A DNA stretch of 64,000 nt from a phage, in assembly GCA_024975835.1 (NCBI GenBank), contig GCA_024975835.1_4840.1. One strand, 5' to 3'. A program made the translations under genes and the position numbers. The notes under the pieces are model-generated. The model saw nothing but the letters and a program-made list of their open reading frames with translations. It made no database searches and was not told the DNA's origin. Below, one piece after another: positions 20,270-30,326 of this stretch; position 1 is the first letter of the stretch, and each line of letters begins with the position of its first letter.

Positions 20270-21069
20270 CGAGTAGAGGTCACAGAGTGGCCGTCAGCGT
20301 CTTCAACAACACACCAGTACTCACCCTCGTTTTCGGCAGCAACTGCAGTGATAACCAGGCTCGCAGTTGCAGCAGTGGGGTTAGTGCCAGCATCGATCAC
20401 CTCACCTTCACCACCAGGGACATCAGAGAAGTACCAAGTATGTGTGTATGGGGTAGTGCCGCCTGTAGCAGCGATGGTGAAGGTTGCGGATTCACCTGTT
20501 GTTACATCCTGAGAAGCAGCCAGATCGGTAGACAGAGACAGAGCGCCAGCCACTGTGATGACGGTAGAGTCAGTGTGGTCACCTTCGATGGTCACGCCAT
20601 AAACTGTTACCGAGCCAGGGGCCAGCAGCTTGAATTTACCACCACCGATGTGCACAGCTTTGGTCAGATCGCCAGAGTACCAGTTGACACCCTGGTAGGT
20701 CGCGTTCTCCGGAGCGACGACCGCCTTCAGTTCAACAACCTGACCGACTTCACCATTAGCAGTTTCAGGGGTGATGGTCAGGCCAGTGGTCAGCACAGCG
20801 CTTGGGTCGTGGATTTCATAAGACAGCTGGAAGCCAACGGGCTTGGTTGGATCCACTTTGGTGACGCCATCGGCCTGCAAATTGCTCTTGGTCAGCAGTG
20901 CATCCAGACCTTTACACTCAGTCAGGATCTCGTCTGGGTCTTGGTTAAGACTGGTCTTTTCCCAACCCCGAGCAGTACCTGTTACAGTGTGAAGACGCTC
21001 AGTTTCCGGTTTGTTGCGAACAACTTCCGGTGCTACTAATACAGTGATCGTTGGCATGGTTTCCTCCAC
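20248..21069 (-). CDS. Ig-like domain protein (possible Hoc-like capsid decoration or adhesin)
   Basis: Thr/Val-rich beta-strand repeats and C-terminal GEYWCVVEDADG, typical of Ig-like (I-set/Big) domains. Confidence 0.6.
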   Translation of the reverse strand: MEETMPTITVLVAPEVVRNKPETERLHTVTGTARGWEKTSLNQDPDEILTECKGLDALLTKSNLQADGVTKVDPTKPVGFQLSYEIHDPSAVLTTGLTITPETANGEVGQVVELKAVVAPENATYQGVNWYSGDLTKAVHIGGGKFKLLAPGSVTVYGVTIEGDHTDSTVITVAGALSLSTDLAASQDVTTGESATFTIAATGGTTPYTHTWYFSDVPGGEGEVIDAGTNPTAATASLVITAVAAENEGEYWCVVEDADGHSVTSTRCEMAAV

Positions 21070-21428
21070 TCATCCAAATCGTTGTTCAGAGCCATCATCA
21101 GCTCATTATCTGGTTCGTATGAACCGGAACATAAATCATCGCGCCATACGCCTAATGTCAACAAAGCAGCCTTGAGGCGTGGCAACTGGGGCTTATCCAC
21201 CTTCAAAACGAGCATACGGCAAGCGGCCTCTGTTTCGAACGTATTGAAGACAGTAATCAATTGATTGAGAATCAACCGAGGACTCTTACCAGGGACAAAT
21301 CTCTTCAATGATTGATTAATTAGCGAAATCCGCTGAATGTCTACCAGCAGTTCATCCCACGAGACAGAATCTACAATATAATGCCTCAGTGCATAATCCA
21401 TCAAGTTGCTTTCGTCAACGATAGGCAT
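21036..21428 (-). CDS. hypothetical protein
   Basis: 130-aa ORF. Confidence 0.45.
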   Translation of the reverse strand: MPIVDESNLMDYALRHYIVDSVSWDELLVDIQRISLINQSLKRFVPGKSPRLILNQLITVFNTFETEAACRMLVLKVDKPQLPRLKAALLTLGVWRDDLCSGSYEPDNELMMALNNDLDEWRKPCQRSLY

Positions 21429-21457
21429 ATTGAATAAGTTCAGCTGTTGTCATCGGC

Positions 21458-21883
21458 TTATTTAATCTGCAATTTTTCGATCAGCTTCGCAATCAGCTGA
21501 ATGCGATCTTCTTCTGTGATACCCAGCGGCGCAGCCAACAACTTGAGATCGTCAACCCCCAACAGGTTCAGAGTCTCGACTGTGATGTTGGTTTCAATCA
21601 CAGCCCCGGTTTCAAACGGCTTGCCGAACTTGTCGCGACCATAACGCTTGAGGGTCGCAGCCAGCCCTGGAAGCTCCTGGAGGAGTTCTTTGGTGCCGTC
21701 TTGGTATTCGCACACCCAACCGTACCCGCCAGCGTAGACGACGCCTCCGTCTCCCCCTGGAGGGATGTTATCGATGGCGCGTTGTAGGTAGGTAGGCAAC
21801 ACACCTTCCTCCTTCGCCTGGATGTCATCGACTGGGGCTTCGGTTTTAATTTCAACTTTCTTGACTTCAGGTTTCTTCGCCAT
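21458..21883 (-). CDS. hypothetical protein
   Basis: 141-aa ORF. Confidence 0.45.
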   Translation of the reverse strand: MAKKPEVKKVEIKTEAPVDDIQAKEEGVLPTYLQRAIDNIPPGGDGGVVYAGGYGWVCEYQDGTKELLQELPGLAATLKRYGRDKFGKPFETGAVIETNITVETLNLLGVDDLKLLAAPLGITEEDRIQLIAKLIEKLQIK

Positions 21884-22054
21884 GTTTGGTTCTCCTATAG
21901 ACTGTTACGTATTTACCACAGCAATTGCAGCAGTATACGTGCATCGCGTATCCTTCGTCTGTGAAGTCGAAACCACCACAGCGACAGAACAATTTCACGA
22001 ACTGTTGGTCATGAACTTCACGGGGAGGGAATTGTTTGTGGGGGTATTCCCTGG

Positions 22055-22080
22055 TCTCGCCTTCGAACTGAAAGGAGGCC
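22055..22080 (-). terminator. putative terminator hairpin downstream of rIIB-like gene
   Basis: AGGAGGCCGGAGCCTCCT stem-loop; U-tract on minus strand is weak. Confidence 0.45.
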
Positions 22081-22107
22081 GGAGCCTCCTTGATGGATGG
22101 GGTTTAG

Positions 22108-23673
22108 TTACTTGTACAGACCTGTCACGTCAATAGACTTGTGCTGGCGGTTGTACTCAGCAGTGTAGTCATCCAACACCAGATATTCACAGCATCGGAT
22201 CTTGCTGGAGCCATAGTCGTTGGTAATAGACACGATGTCTTTTGGGTTCAGCTTACAGCGAACAACGCGCTGGCCAACAGAACCGAAGCACTGTTTCAGA
22301 TAGGCCAGGGAGCAAACGTGCAAACCGTATGAACACAGGTCAGAGTTGTTGTCGTTCACGAATGAGCGAGCCATCCGCACGATAGTGCCTGGGGCGTTGC
22401 TGATCGTGTTGCTGTGCTTGTCCATGTAGTTGCCGCGCACCGATTTGTAGAGGATGATGTCACCATCGTCGTCAATTTCGATGTCAGAGTACGCCATGAA
22501 CTCATAGATGCGCCCAGACTGAACCAGAGAAGCAGACGGGTTCTGGAACATTTTGTCCATAAACTTCGCCATGCGGTCCAGGTTGTGAAAGTCACCCTTC
22601 AGCATCAGCGCCAGTACACGCTTGGCGATGGATGTGCCTGTGATGTCATGGCCAGACCAGCGGACACGGTTGTCAGACACGTCTACCAGTCCAGCAGCGT
22701 ACTTCGCGATCGCTTCACGAGGGCGCATCAGCGAGTATGCCAGCTTCACGTCTTTGTCTTTGATCGCCTGTACGATGCGGTCATAGGCCGGGTGTGAAGT
22801 GGTGATCGTTTCCGGCTTGCCGTCAATCGCGATAACAACGCTGTCAGGAAGAATCAGGATCTGGTGTTCGTTCAGGAACACGTCCAGGTCTTTCGCGCCG
22901 AAGTCCTGTTTGGTTTTCTTGTTATCAGCCGCTTCTTCAACTTCTTTGATAACAACAGCGAATTCCACAGAAGACAGAGCCAGGCGCAGAGTGCGGCCGA
23001 GGATGGCATCGAAGTAACCAACACGGCGACGGGCATCCAAGGATCCACGGATAGGATAGGTTTCCCCGTCAACCACAACGCTGATTTCAACGTTGCTCGG
23101 AACTTTGTCAGCGCCTTCTGTCAGCGCCACAGAAATTTCTGCCATCTTACCGACAGCTTCAACACCGAAAGCGCGACTATCACCTTCCACAGGAGTCAGT
23201 TCGGATTTTTCAAAGAGAGCCCCTTTGAAATTGCCGTCATTGGTGAGACACAGATACTTGTTATAGTTTGGTAAATATGCCCCAACATACCATTCTGAGC
23301 CATCTTTGTCTTTGGCCGTGCCGCCCGGTTGGACCTCGAATACTTCCTGCTCTTCCGGCTTGATAGGAGAGATCACAGTTACCTTGTTTTCCTCCTCGGT
23401 AATGCGGACCAACAGAGCGCGAGCAATGGTCTTGGCGGACACACCGTACACCTTGGCCAAGAATGCATTGCTGACATTACCTGCCGCCGAATCCCTTTGG
23501 ATATTGGCGATCTGATCTGTTGTCAGGGATTTCAGCGAAGTAGGGTCAACACCAATTTCCGTGTCGGAAACACGTTGTACAGTCGAGCGGGGTATGCCCA
23601 ACAGAGTAGCAATTGCGCTCTGGCTTTTGCCTTCCTTCAAATACTTCAGGATCTTTTCGTCAATCTTGTTCAT
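22108..23673 (-). CDS. rIIB: rIIB-like protein
   Basis: Large ORF directly downstream of the rIIA-like gene, as in T4-type genomes; N-terminal HTH-like segment (KSQSAIATLLGIPRSTVQRV). Start set at MNKIDE; track lists 23760. Confidence 0.5.
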   Translation of the reverse strand: MNKIDEKILKYLKEGKSQSAIATLLGIPRSTVQRVSDTEIGVDPTSLKSLTTDQIANIQRDSAAGNVSNAFLAKVYGVSAKTIARALLVRITEEENKVTVISPIKPEEQEVFEVQPGGTAKDKDGSEWYVGAYLPNYNKYLCLTNDGNFKGALFEKSELTPVEGDSRAFGVEAVGKMAEISVALTEGADKVPSNVEISVVVDGETYPIRGSLDARRRVGYFDAILGRTLRLALSSVEFAVVIKEVEEAADNKKTKQDFGAKDLDVFLNEHQILILPDSVVIAIDGKPETITTSHPAYDRIVQAIKDKDVKLAYSLMRPREAIAKYAAGLVDVSDNRVRWSGHDITGTSIAKRVLALMLKGDFHNLDRMAKFMDKMFQNPSASLVQSGRIYEFMAYSDIEIDDDGDIILYKSVRGNYMDKHSNTISNAPGTIVRMARSFVNDNNSDLCSYGLHVCSLAYLKQCFGSVGQRVVRCKLNPKDIVSITNDYGSSKIRCCEYLVLDDYTAEYNRQHKSIDVTGLYK

Positions 23674-23704
23674 CTTGTAGTTCCCACGTTGGTTAACAGG
23701 ACTA

Positions 23705-26461
23705 TTATGCCCTGATAATGGAATTTGAAATAACGTCCAAGTAATCCGAAGATTTTTCAATCGGGTTCAGGGCGCTTGGTTTGTAATTCTCTTTCAAGAA
23801 CCGGACAACACGATGACGCTCGATGGTCAATCGGTTTTCCCGCCTTGCTTTCAATGACGGAGTCCTCGATATATCAAACGGTGTAAATCCATGAAACCGC
23901 AACACATCCGAAGCGCATTCAAAGATCTGTAGCATCTGATGTTCTGAACGGAAGATCTTTTCGTCACGCTCGTTGGCGTACAAATTCACGTTAAGAGAAT
24001 GTATTGTGTCCTGGAAATGGCTAAATCGACGCTTGTCATTGATTGAAACCGGGGCTTTCGCCAGGCTTTGGTAATGACGTACAGTCTGCTCATCCAAGAT
24101 ATCGTCCACAACTTTCATTAACTTGTTGTAACGGCTGACCAATTTGCCATAACGATCGTCTTCAACATCACCAAACGCCTGATGAACCAGATGGCTCCCG
24201 TATTTTAATCGATCCGCCCCAAGGCGCATGCGGCGGTATGATTCCAGTATGCGCTTGGCGCTATCGCGCTCCATCATAGGCTTCACGTTTTCCAACATGA
24301 TCTTCAGGATTTCATCGATCGGTATGAAGACCTCTGGGAACTTCTTCATCATTGGCACGGATTTACGACGAGCCAAGAAGATTCGGTTGTGAACGTTCAA
24401 CATATCGCTGATGTACACTGGCTTGCCTTCATCGTCGACACTGACTGCGTGCTCATACAGAGATTTACGAATACCCCGCGCCGCCGCAGTCGTCAACGTT
24501 CTGTCCATCACCTGATGGATACACGCATGGCCAGACACCTCAATATAGACGATGCGCTCGCCCTTGTTGATGATATCTGAGATCTGGTCGCCCGTTAGTT
24601 CTTCATACTGGTATATGTCGAAGTTGCTGCGCGTGAACGGAAACAGGCCAGGGTCTTTGGTGACCGGGGGCGTGACATACGACAGTTCGTTCATGAACTT
24701 GACTTCAGCAGGCTCCAACACCGCACTCAGCCAATCGACGAACTTGTCGGCGAAGCACAGATAATCAACCGTCGTTTCTTCTTTACCAATCCAAGTTTCA
24801 AAGAAATCATAGAGAGCCTGAGAATTCTTGAACGCAGGGTTGTCCTTAGATTGGTTGCGCTTGGTGACATAGGATGTGTTCGGCTTGGCCACGATGACTA
24901 TCGTCCCTGTATCTTTCAGCTGCTTGATCTTCAGGTTACGAGCACGAACACTATCTTCGATCACCACAGTAACATGCTGGCCGCGATCAATCCACTTCTG
25001 GATTTCTGAAATGGTCAAATTACTGGACTCACCCCAGTCATAGAAGATCTCCATAGAGAACGGCGATGACAGCTCATTGAACGGCGCGGTATGGTCATAA
25101 TCGCGATCTATCTCAACAGGCAGCGGGTAACGGTAATATGAATCATGAAAGCGCTTGTCTGCCGGGTATTCCTTTTCAACCATCTTGCGGAACCCACTGC
25201 CGAACATTTCACTCAGTTTTACCTTCTCCATATACAGGGCAAGAGGACCACGCTTACACGCCAGCTCCAGGTCACGCATCTTTTCTGTCAAGATTGCATT
25301 GGCGGTGCCCTTAAACTCCTCAGAGAGCGTCTCACGCGTGAATTCGTCATATGAAAGGTCTTCACGCGACGGTGGTACGTTCAGCGAGCCAAGTTCGAAG
25401 AACGTATAGGACGATGGAAACTTGCTCATGATGGAAGCAGTGTCCGGGTCCAGCTGGTCCAGGTCAATCGGGTACGACACGCCACCCATTACAGCATAAT
25501 GGGTGTTCCCCTGACCTTTCGGCTGGATGTACGTGTTGTTGACCTTGAAATCATAACTGATATCTTCCCAGCTGAAGCGGTATGAAGCGTTCTCAACAAT
25601 TGGACGTTGTTCAGGGCGCATAACACGACCAAGGCGAACCAGTTCATCAGAGAATGCGGAGAAGCGAGCGTTCTTCACCGGGATCTTCACCGTCATGCCG
25701 TTGAACTCATCGGTGTCTTCCGGCTTAGGATCACGGGTTTCAAGATCTTTGGTGATCAGGTCAACAGTCGGGATGCGCTTGGCATTCAGGTACATCAGGA
25801 AGCGATGGAGTTTACCGTCCATGCGGCTTTCCACAGTGAACGAATCCGATACCGCAAATGGTGATTTGGAGCCAAGACCGAATGCCCCAATCTGATCATC
25901 ATCTTCTTCCTTCGTACTGTGGAAGAGAGTGGTATACAACCCAGGCGTACGAATGATTTCACCATCTTCGCGACGGAACACTAGACCACCATTATAGAAC
26001 GCAGGCACGCCGATGACCTCAGCTGAGTCAGGGATCTCATCTTCCTTGACCACCATGTTGCCTTCCAGCAACACTTCATCTTCCTGCGCTGGGATAGGCT
26101 CGCCAATGATCTTCTCAAGTGGCAGACCGATGCCGTAATCACGGATTTCCAGCCATGGCTCAAAGTCATCAGGTAGATGCACAACAACCTGCTTACCCTT
26201 CGGTGCAAGGTATTTGCTATGGCGGGCAGGAGGCGGAGTGAGAGGCGCGTAGTGGGACGCCATCACACGGTGCATACGATCACGCATGCCATGGGAGTCG
26301 ATGGCGTTACAGACGGTTTCGCGCAGGGCTGCAGCCTCTTTGTAACGATACAATGATGAGAACAGAGTCTCAAACATCTTATCGTTCATCTTCACGTTGA
26401 ACGCCTGCCCCTGAATGGAAGACGACGAGCGGATAAAGTGCTCGGACTTGCGCATTTTCAT
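23705..26461 (-). CDS. rIIA: rIIA-like protein with N-terminal GHKL-type ATPase domain
   Basis: 918 aa; N-terminal LYRYKEAAALRETVCNAIDSHG resembles the ATP-lid of GHKL ATPases found in T4 rIIA. Confidence 0.65.
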   Translation of the reverse strand: MKMRKSEHFIRSSSSIQGQAFNVKMNDKMFETLFSSLYRYKEAAALRETVCNAIDSHGMRDRMHRVMASHYAPLTPPPARHSKYLAPKGKQVVVHLPDDFEPWLEIRDYGIGLPLEKIIGEPIPAQEDEVLLEGNMVVKEDEIPDSAEVIGVPAFYNGGLVFRREDGEIIRTPGLYTTLFHSTKEEDDDQIGAFGLGSKSPFAVSDSFTVESRMDGKLHRFLMYLNAKRIPTVDLITKDLETRDPKPEDTDEFNGMTVKIPVKNARFSAFSDELVRLGRVMRPEQRPIVENASYRFSWEDISYDFKVNNTYIQPKGQGNTHYAVMGGVSYPIDLDQLDPDTASIMSKFPSSYTFFELGSLNVPPSREDLSYDEFTRETLSEEFKGTANAILTEKMRDLELACKRGPLALYMEKVKLSEMFGSGFRKMVEKEYPADKRFHDSYYRYPLPVEIDRDYDHTAPFNELSSPFSMEIFYDWGESSNLTISEIQKWIDRGQHVTVVIEDSVRARNLKIKQLKDTGTIVIVAKPNTSYVTKRNQSKDNPAFKNSQALYDFFETWIGKEETTVDYLCFADKFVDWLSAVLEPAEVKFMNELSYVTPPVTKDPGLFPFTRSNFDIYQYEELTGDQISDIINKGERIVYIEVSGHACIHQVMDRTLTTAAARGIRKSLYEHAVSVDDEGKPVYISDMLNVHNRIFLARRKSVPMMKKFPEVFIPIDEILKIMLENVKPMMERDSAKRILESYRRMRLGADRLKYGSHLVHQAFGDVEDDRYGKLVSRYNKLMKVVDDILDEQTVRHYQSLAKAPVSINDKRRFSHFQDTIHSLNVNLYANERDEKIFRSEHQMLQIFECASDVLRFHGFTPFDISRTPSLKARRENRLTIERHRVVRFLKENYKPSALNPIEKSSDYLDVISNSIIRA

Positions 26462-26535
26462 AGTATAGAAATCCTATCAATGTCAAAGGGGAACATATTG
26501 GTTGAGTGGGTATAATACGGTGGGCGTCTTCAATT

Positions 26536-26563
26536 GAAAAAGCCCTCAGCTGAGGGCTTTGTT
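26536..26563 (-). terminator. intrinsic terminator (bidirectional hairpin)
   Basis: AGCCCTCAGCTGAGGGCT palindrome flanked by AAAAA and TTTGTT. Confidence 0.6.
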
Positions 26564-26567
26564 CAGA

Positions 26568-26915
26568 TCAATCTTCAGTGGCAAATTGTGCCTGGAAGTT
26601 GAATGTCGGTCGGGTGGCACCAGGCTCAAGGGTTTCCTCAAGATAGCCCACGACCGTGCGGGTGACTGACACAGTCTCTTTGCGCGGTTTGACTGGAGTG
26701 GCCAGTGCGATGATAGATGCCTTCTCTTCTTCAGTGCGGGTATAATCCACGTTGAAATGATAACGGCTACCGAACGCTGCCACTTCCACTTTGGTGATCT
26801 GTAGATCTTTCAGTTCAGTGCTGTTCAGGGTTCCCACGTTCAACTGTGAGCGCAGATGCTCAACAATGTTGGAGTACACATACTGTGGGGTGATCAGCTG
26901 TTCAATAGAACTCAT
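26568..26915 (-). CDS. hypothetical protein
   Basis: 115-aa ORF. Confidence 0.45.
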   Translation of the reverse strand: MSSIEQLITPQYVYSNIVEHLRSQLNVGTLNSTELKDLQITKVEVAAFGSRYHFNVDYTRTEEEKASIIALATPVKPRKETVSVTRTVVGYLEETLEPGATRPTFNFQAQFATED

Positions 26916-27056
26916 AACATATCCTCTACTTTTTGGGTTCGGTTTTACTTAATCGAGCGACCTCTGCTCGAAGGAAGATTATCTCGTCGGTCATCAAACA
27001 TCACCCATGATCTGCCTAACTTAGGATTGCCAACGGACAAATCCTTCAGGCGCTCC

Positions 27057-27257
27057 TCACTTACGTTTGCGCTTGTTCTTTCCATGAGTCTTCGCCTTCT
27101 TCTTGCGGGTTACAGACGGGCGACCATGTCCCGGTTCGCCGGGTGTGCCACCCTGAGTGTAACGACGCCCCCACATGTCATCACCACGATGCGCGGCGAC
27201 GATTTCCATTTCTGACAGCGCTAGCATAGCAGCAACAGCCGCAGATGATTTCTTCAT
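27057..27257 (-). CDS. hypothetical small basic protein
   Basis: 66 aa with Lys/Arg-rich C-terminus; could be spurious. Confidence 0.3.
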   Translation of the reverse strand: MKKSSAAVAAMLALSEMEIVAAHRGDDMWGRRYTQGGTPGEPGHGRPSVTRKKKAKTHGKNKRKRK

Positions 27258-27709
27258 TTCGTTTCCCCCTTGGCAGCATAGGACAGTGCCTTGACGATCA
27301 TTACAGCCAGATCGATCGGCGAGTAGGTGCTGTTCAGATCTTCTCGAACACTCTGCTCTATTTCTTCATCAGACTGGACTACAGGACAGTTCTTTCCCTG
27401 GCGACGGCGTTCTGTGTTGATCATATCACGCAGGAGCAGATCGGTGAAGGAGTACTCATCAAAGTTTTCCAGATAATTCTGAATCCCAGTGGATACAGGG
27501 GTTGGCTCCGGTTCCTGTTCTCCAGGATCTTTCAGGGCAGCAACAGTGGCATCAATATCCCACAGAGGGTTCAGCAGTAACAGAAGATTAACTGTTTCTC
27601 CTGACTCTGAAGTCGGGTTATTTCCCAGCACCTTGTACAGATTCTTCAGGGTGCTGTCGAAGGTCAGAACGGTCTGCGCCAGTTCTTCATAAGTTGGTTT
27701 GGTAGTCAT
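27254..27709 (-). CDS. hypothetical protein
   Basis: Start moved to MTTKP (GGAG upstream); the track's first Met lies inside the terminator hairpin. Confidence 0.45.
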   Translation of the reverse strand: MTTKPTYEELAQTVLTFDSTLKNLYKVLGNNPTSESGETVNLLLLLNPLWDIDATVAALKDPGEQEPEPTPVSTGIQNYLENFDEYSFTDLLLRDMINTERRRQGKNCPVVQSDEEIEQSVREDLNSTYSPIDLAVMIVKALSYAAKGETK

Positions 27710-27772
27710 CAGCGTTTGCTCCGGCGTTTGTTCTTCATCTTTCTTGGCTTGTCTGTCATGTTCCTGTCCACG

Positions 27773-27812
27773 AAAAAGGGGATAGAGCAATAATACCCTA
27801 TCCCCTTTTATT
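27773..27812 (-). terminator. intrinsic terminator hairpin
   Basis: GGGGATAG / CTATCCCC stem with 12-nt loop, A-run and T-run flanks. Confidence 0.6.
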
Positions 27813-27821
27813 GAAGAACGA

Positions 27822-28235
27822 TTAGTCTTCAGATTCTACTTTGCCGCCTCGTAGATCCCGAACTGGTTTACCGTCCGGTGCCATCACATAAATGGTGTTG
27901 ATTGTCTCAAACCAAGACAGCTGGTCAACACCCTCGGTGTATGGGGTCACCGGAACAGAAGTCTTGACCTCTTTGCCTTTCGTGTTCGGATGTTCAACCA
28001 CATCCAAGAACGCACATTTCCCGCTCGGAAGGATCACACCATCAGTAAACAGCACGATCTTCTTGCGAGGGTTGCTGGCCTCACCCAGGCACACCACCAG
28101 ATGATGGATCATCTCGGGGCGGTCAATCAACATGTCGTCTTTGATAATCCCTTGCTTGATAGCAGAGATCACCACCTCATCCAACAGAGCCTGCTGTTGG
28201 TCCAGTGTCAGGGATTCAGTGAGTTTCACGCTCAT
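27822..28235 (-). CDS. hypothetical protein
   Basis: 137-aa ORF. Confidence 0.45.
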   Translation of the reverse strand: MSVKLTESLTLDQQQALLDEVVISAIKQGIIKDDMLIDRPEMIHHLVVCLGEASNPRKKIVLFTDGVILPSGKCAFLDVVEHPNTKGKEVKTSVPVTPYTEGVDQLSWFETINTIYVMAPDGKPVRDLRGGKVESED

Positions 28236-28239
28236 GACA

Positions 28240-28809
28240 TCAGCCTTTGAAGTTAATCGGTTTCTGAATACCAGCGTCGAACGCGGCCTGGGTACGGGTA
28301 TCGCTCACCACCTGGCAGGTCTTGTCAAGGTCGATACGCGGGTAGCCGAACATGCCAGCAATCAACGAACCAGGGAACTGAGCCAGCTTGGTTTCGTATA
28401 TTGTGCAGATATCCAGCTTCTTGGTCTGGCTGATGCGGAATTCATCACGCCCAGAACTGATCACCACCTGGATCTCTTTGTACAGGCTGGAATCGAACTG
28501 AATATTCTGCTCCTGGATCCACTGCATGACGGCCTTGGAACCATCAGCACCATAACGCCCTTCGAACGTGCCTTTGATCACTTCCTTCAAGCCGTCTTTA
28601 TACATGTCAGGAATCTGCGCCGTCTCCTGAACTTTGAGCGTGTAGTTGCTCAGGTAGTTCTCGGAGTCTTTGTTGAACTTCTTGACCTGCTGCTCAGTGC
28701 GGTTGAAGTCGTTGAAGTAGCTGATGACTGTACCGATGCCGAGAATCACTACACCCAGAAAAGCCAAACCAACTATCCAACCTGTTGCAATACCCTTAGA
28801 TTGAGACAT
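28240..28809 (-). CDS. membrane-anchored protein (LemA-like topology, tentative)
   Basis: 189 aa; single N-terminal TM helix followed by a soluble domain. Confidence 0.5.
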   Translation of the reverse strand: MSQSKGIATGWIVGLAFLGVVILGIGTVISYFNDFNRTEQQVKKFNKDSENYLSNYTLKVQETAQIPDMYKDGLKEVIKGTFEGRYGADGSKAVMQWIQEQNIQFDSSLYKEIQVVISSGRDEFRISQTKKLDICTIYETKLAQFPGSLIAGMFGYPRIDLDKTCQVVSDTRTQAAFDAGIQKPINFKG

Positions 28810-28827
28810 TCTTACTTCCTCTTTTGA

Positions 28828-29943
28828 TTAAAAATTAAACGGATAACGACGACGGCCACCATTGTACTCCATTCGCTGTAATATGAAAATTGCGGTGAAT
28901 GGTAAGCAGCCCAGCAGAACAACAACCACAACTTCCCAGGTCTTGAGTTCCCGCCACTTCAGGTACTCCATTTCCTTCATCTCAACGCGGTTGTAGCCTT
29001 TGGTGATGTTAGCGACAACATCAGCCATGACACCGACACCCATGTCGTGGCCTGTGAGAGCCATGCCATTGCGAGAATGGAGTTCACGGTTGTGCATACC
29101 ATCAGCGAACGAAGTGCTCTTACCCCAGTTGATCTTCAGGTCTTTGTTGATGTCGGTCACGACGATAACGTCGTTCTTTTTACCACCATCCCAAGCATAG
29201 ACCAAGCCCTGGAAGTATTCAACTGGCTGCCCGGAAGTCACAACCCAGACGATGTTCACCTGCTTGGCTGCGCCCAGCTTCTTCAGGGCATCATTCAGAT
29301 AATCGTTCCAGTATGTGGTCGGTAACGCCAGGCCGGACACGTTCAGCACACGAGTGACGCGATAGTAGTCATAGACTTCGGGATACTTCGGAATCTTGTC
29401 TTTGAAGCGCTCAGCAAACTGCTGGTCTGAACGAGAGAACAGAGAGTCTTTGTTGCCCAGCACATAATTCATATATGAATGTTCACGTGCCGCAGGTTCC
29501 CCGATTTTAACTTGTGTCCAACGCGGAGGCTCTGTAGTACCCTGACGATCAATACGGTCAATGCTCAGATCGCCGACGGTTGTTAATACATCCCAATCAA
29601 CGTCATAAGAGTGCTCATAGCATGTGCTGCAATGACGCGTTTGTGTACAAGATCGGTTATTTCCTGAACCTGTACAAGATGTTGTGTAATAGCACATACA
29701 TTCATATGAATGCTCACAGCTCACCTTATTGCGCTCCTTGCCAGTGACGTATCCGTTCAGGATCTCAACGTCCCCTGAACTGCCGAGGGAGAACGCAGCA
29801 TAAGCCCCGACCTGAATCAGACAGGACAGCACCACCACAATCGCCGTCGCTATCAGGGTCTCTTTCGGCTCATGGGTCTTGCGGTGGTAGGTCACAAACA
29901 GGATAGCCAGTACCAATGGCACACCAAACAGGAGGTAGATCAT
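28828..29943 (-). CDS. Cys-rich integral membrane protein
   Basis: 371 aa; N- and C-terminal TM helices; 9-Cys cluster (CEHSYECMCYYTTSCTG...CTQTRHCSTC). Confidence 0.5.
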   Translation of the reverse strand: MIYLLFGVPLVLAILFVTYHRKTHEPKETLIATAIVVVLSCLIQVGAYAAFSLGSSGDVEILNGYVTGKERNKVSCEHSYECMCYYTTSCTGSGNNRSCTQTRHCSTCYEHSYDVDWDVLTTVGDLSIDRIDRQGTTEPPRWTQVKIGEPAAREHSYMNYVLGNKDSLFSRSDQQFAERFKDKIPKYPEVYDYYRVTRVLNVSGLALPTTYWNDYLNDALKKLGAAKQVNIVWVVTSGQPVEYFQGLVYAWDGGKKNDVIVVTDINKDLKINWGKSTSFADGMHNRELHSRNGMALTGHDMGVGVMADVVANITKGYNRVEMKEMEYLKWRELKTWEVVVVVLLGCLPFTAIFILQRMEYNGGRRRYPFNF

Positions 29944-30326
29944 TTGGATTCACCGACGAGCTGTGCCTTGGTCATCCCAAGGAGTTGATCTTTATGCTCA
30001 GGATTGGCACCGTTCTTTAACAACAAATCCCAACGCTCTTCATGGTACTGTGGAGTTATTGCATCGTCAAAAGAAACATGGTGGCGATGCATAATTGTTG
30101 CAACGGTGTGAAGAACGATTGCTGTTGCTCTTTTTAAAGCACGTGTATCCGTGATGTGGTCTTCGTATTCGATTCCCAACAAATCGAGTTCTTTTCGGAT
30201 ATATGCTATAGACAAATTACCTTCAGAATGCAACGCGACGATAGTGGCTTTCTTAGGGTGGAGTGTACCATCCGTTTCTTTCATGAACAGATCGTACAGG
30301 TACTGTTTGTATTCGGACTGTGTCAT
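29940..30326 (-). CDS. hypothetical protein
   Basis: 128-aa ORF. Confidence 0.45.
   Translation of the reverse strand: MTQSEYKQYLYDLFMKETDGTLHPKKATIVALHSEGNLSIAYIRKELDLLGIEYEDHITDTRALKRATAIVLHTVATIMHRHHVSFDDAITPQYHEERWDLLLKNGANPEHKDQLLGMTKAQLVGESK

Noticed and set aside
21900-22050. Cys-rich reading frame on the minus strand between the 141-aa gene and the rIIB-like gene
   Set aside because: The only in-frame ATG gives a 23-aa peptide; a longer product would need a GTG/TTG start with no ribosome-binding site.
26462-26535. sigma70-like hexamers upstream of the rIIA-like gene
   Set aside because: TTGACA and TATACT are present on the minus strand but only 13 nt apart and directly abut the ATG; the plus-strand TATAAT points into the antisense of the neighbouring gene.
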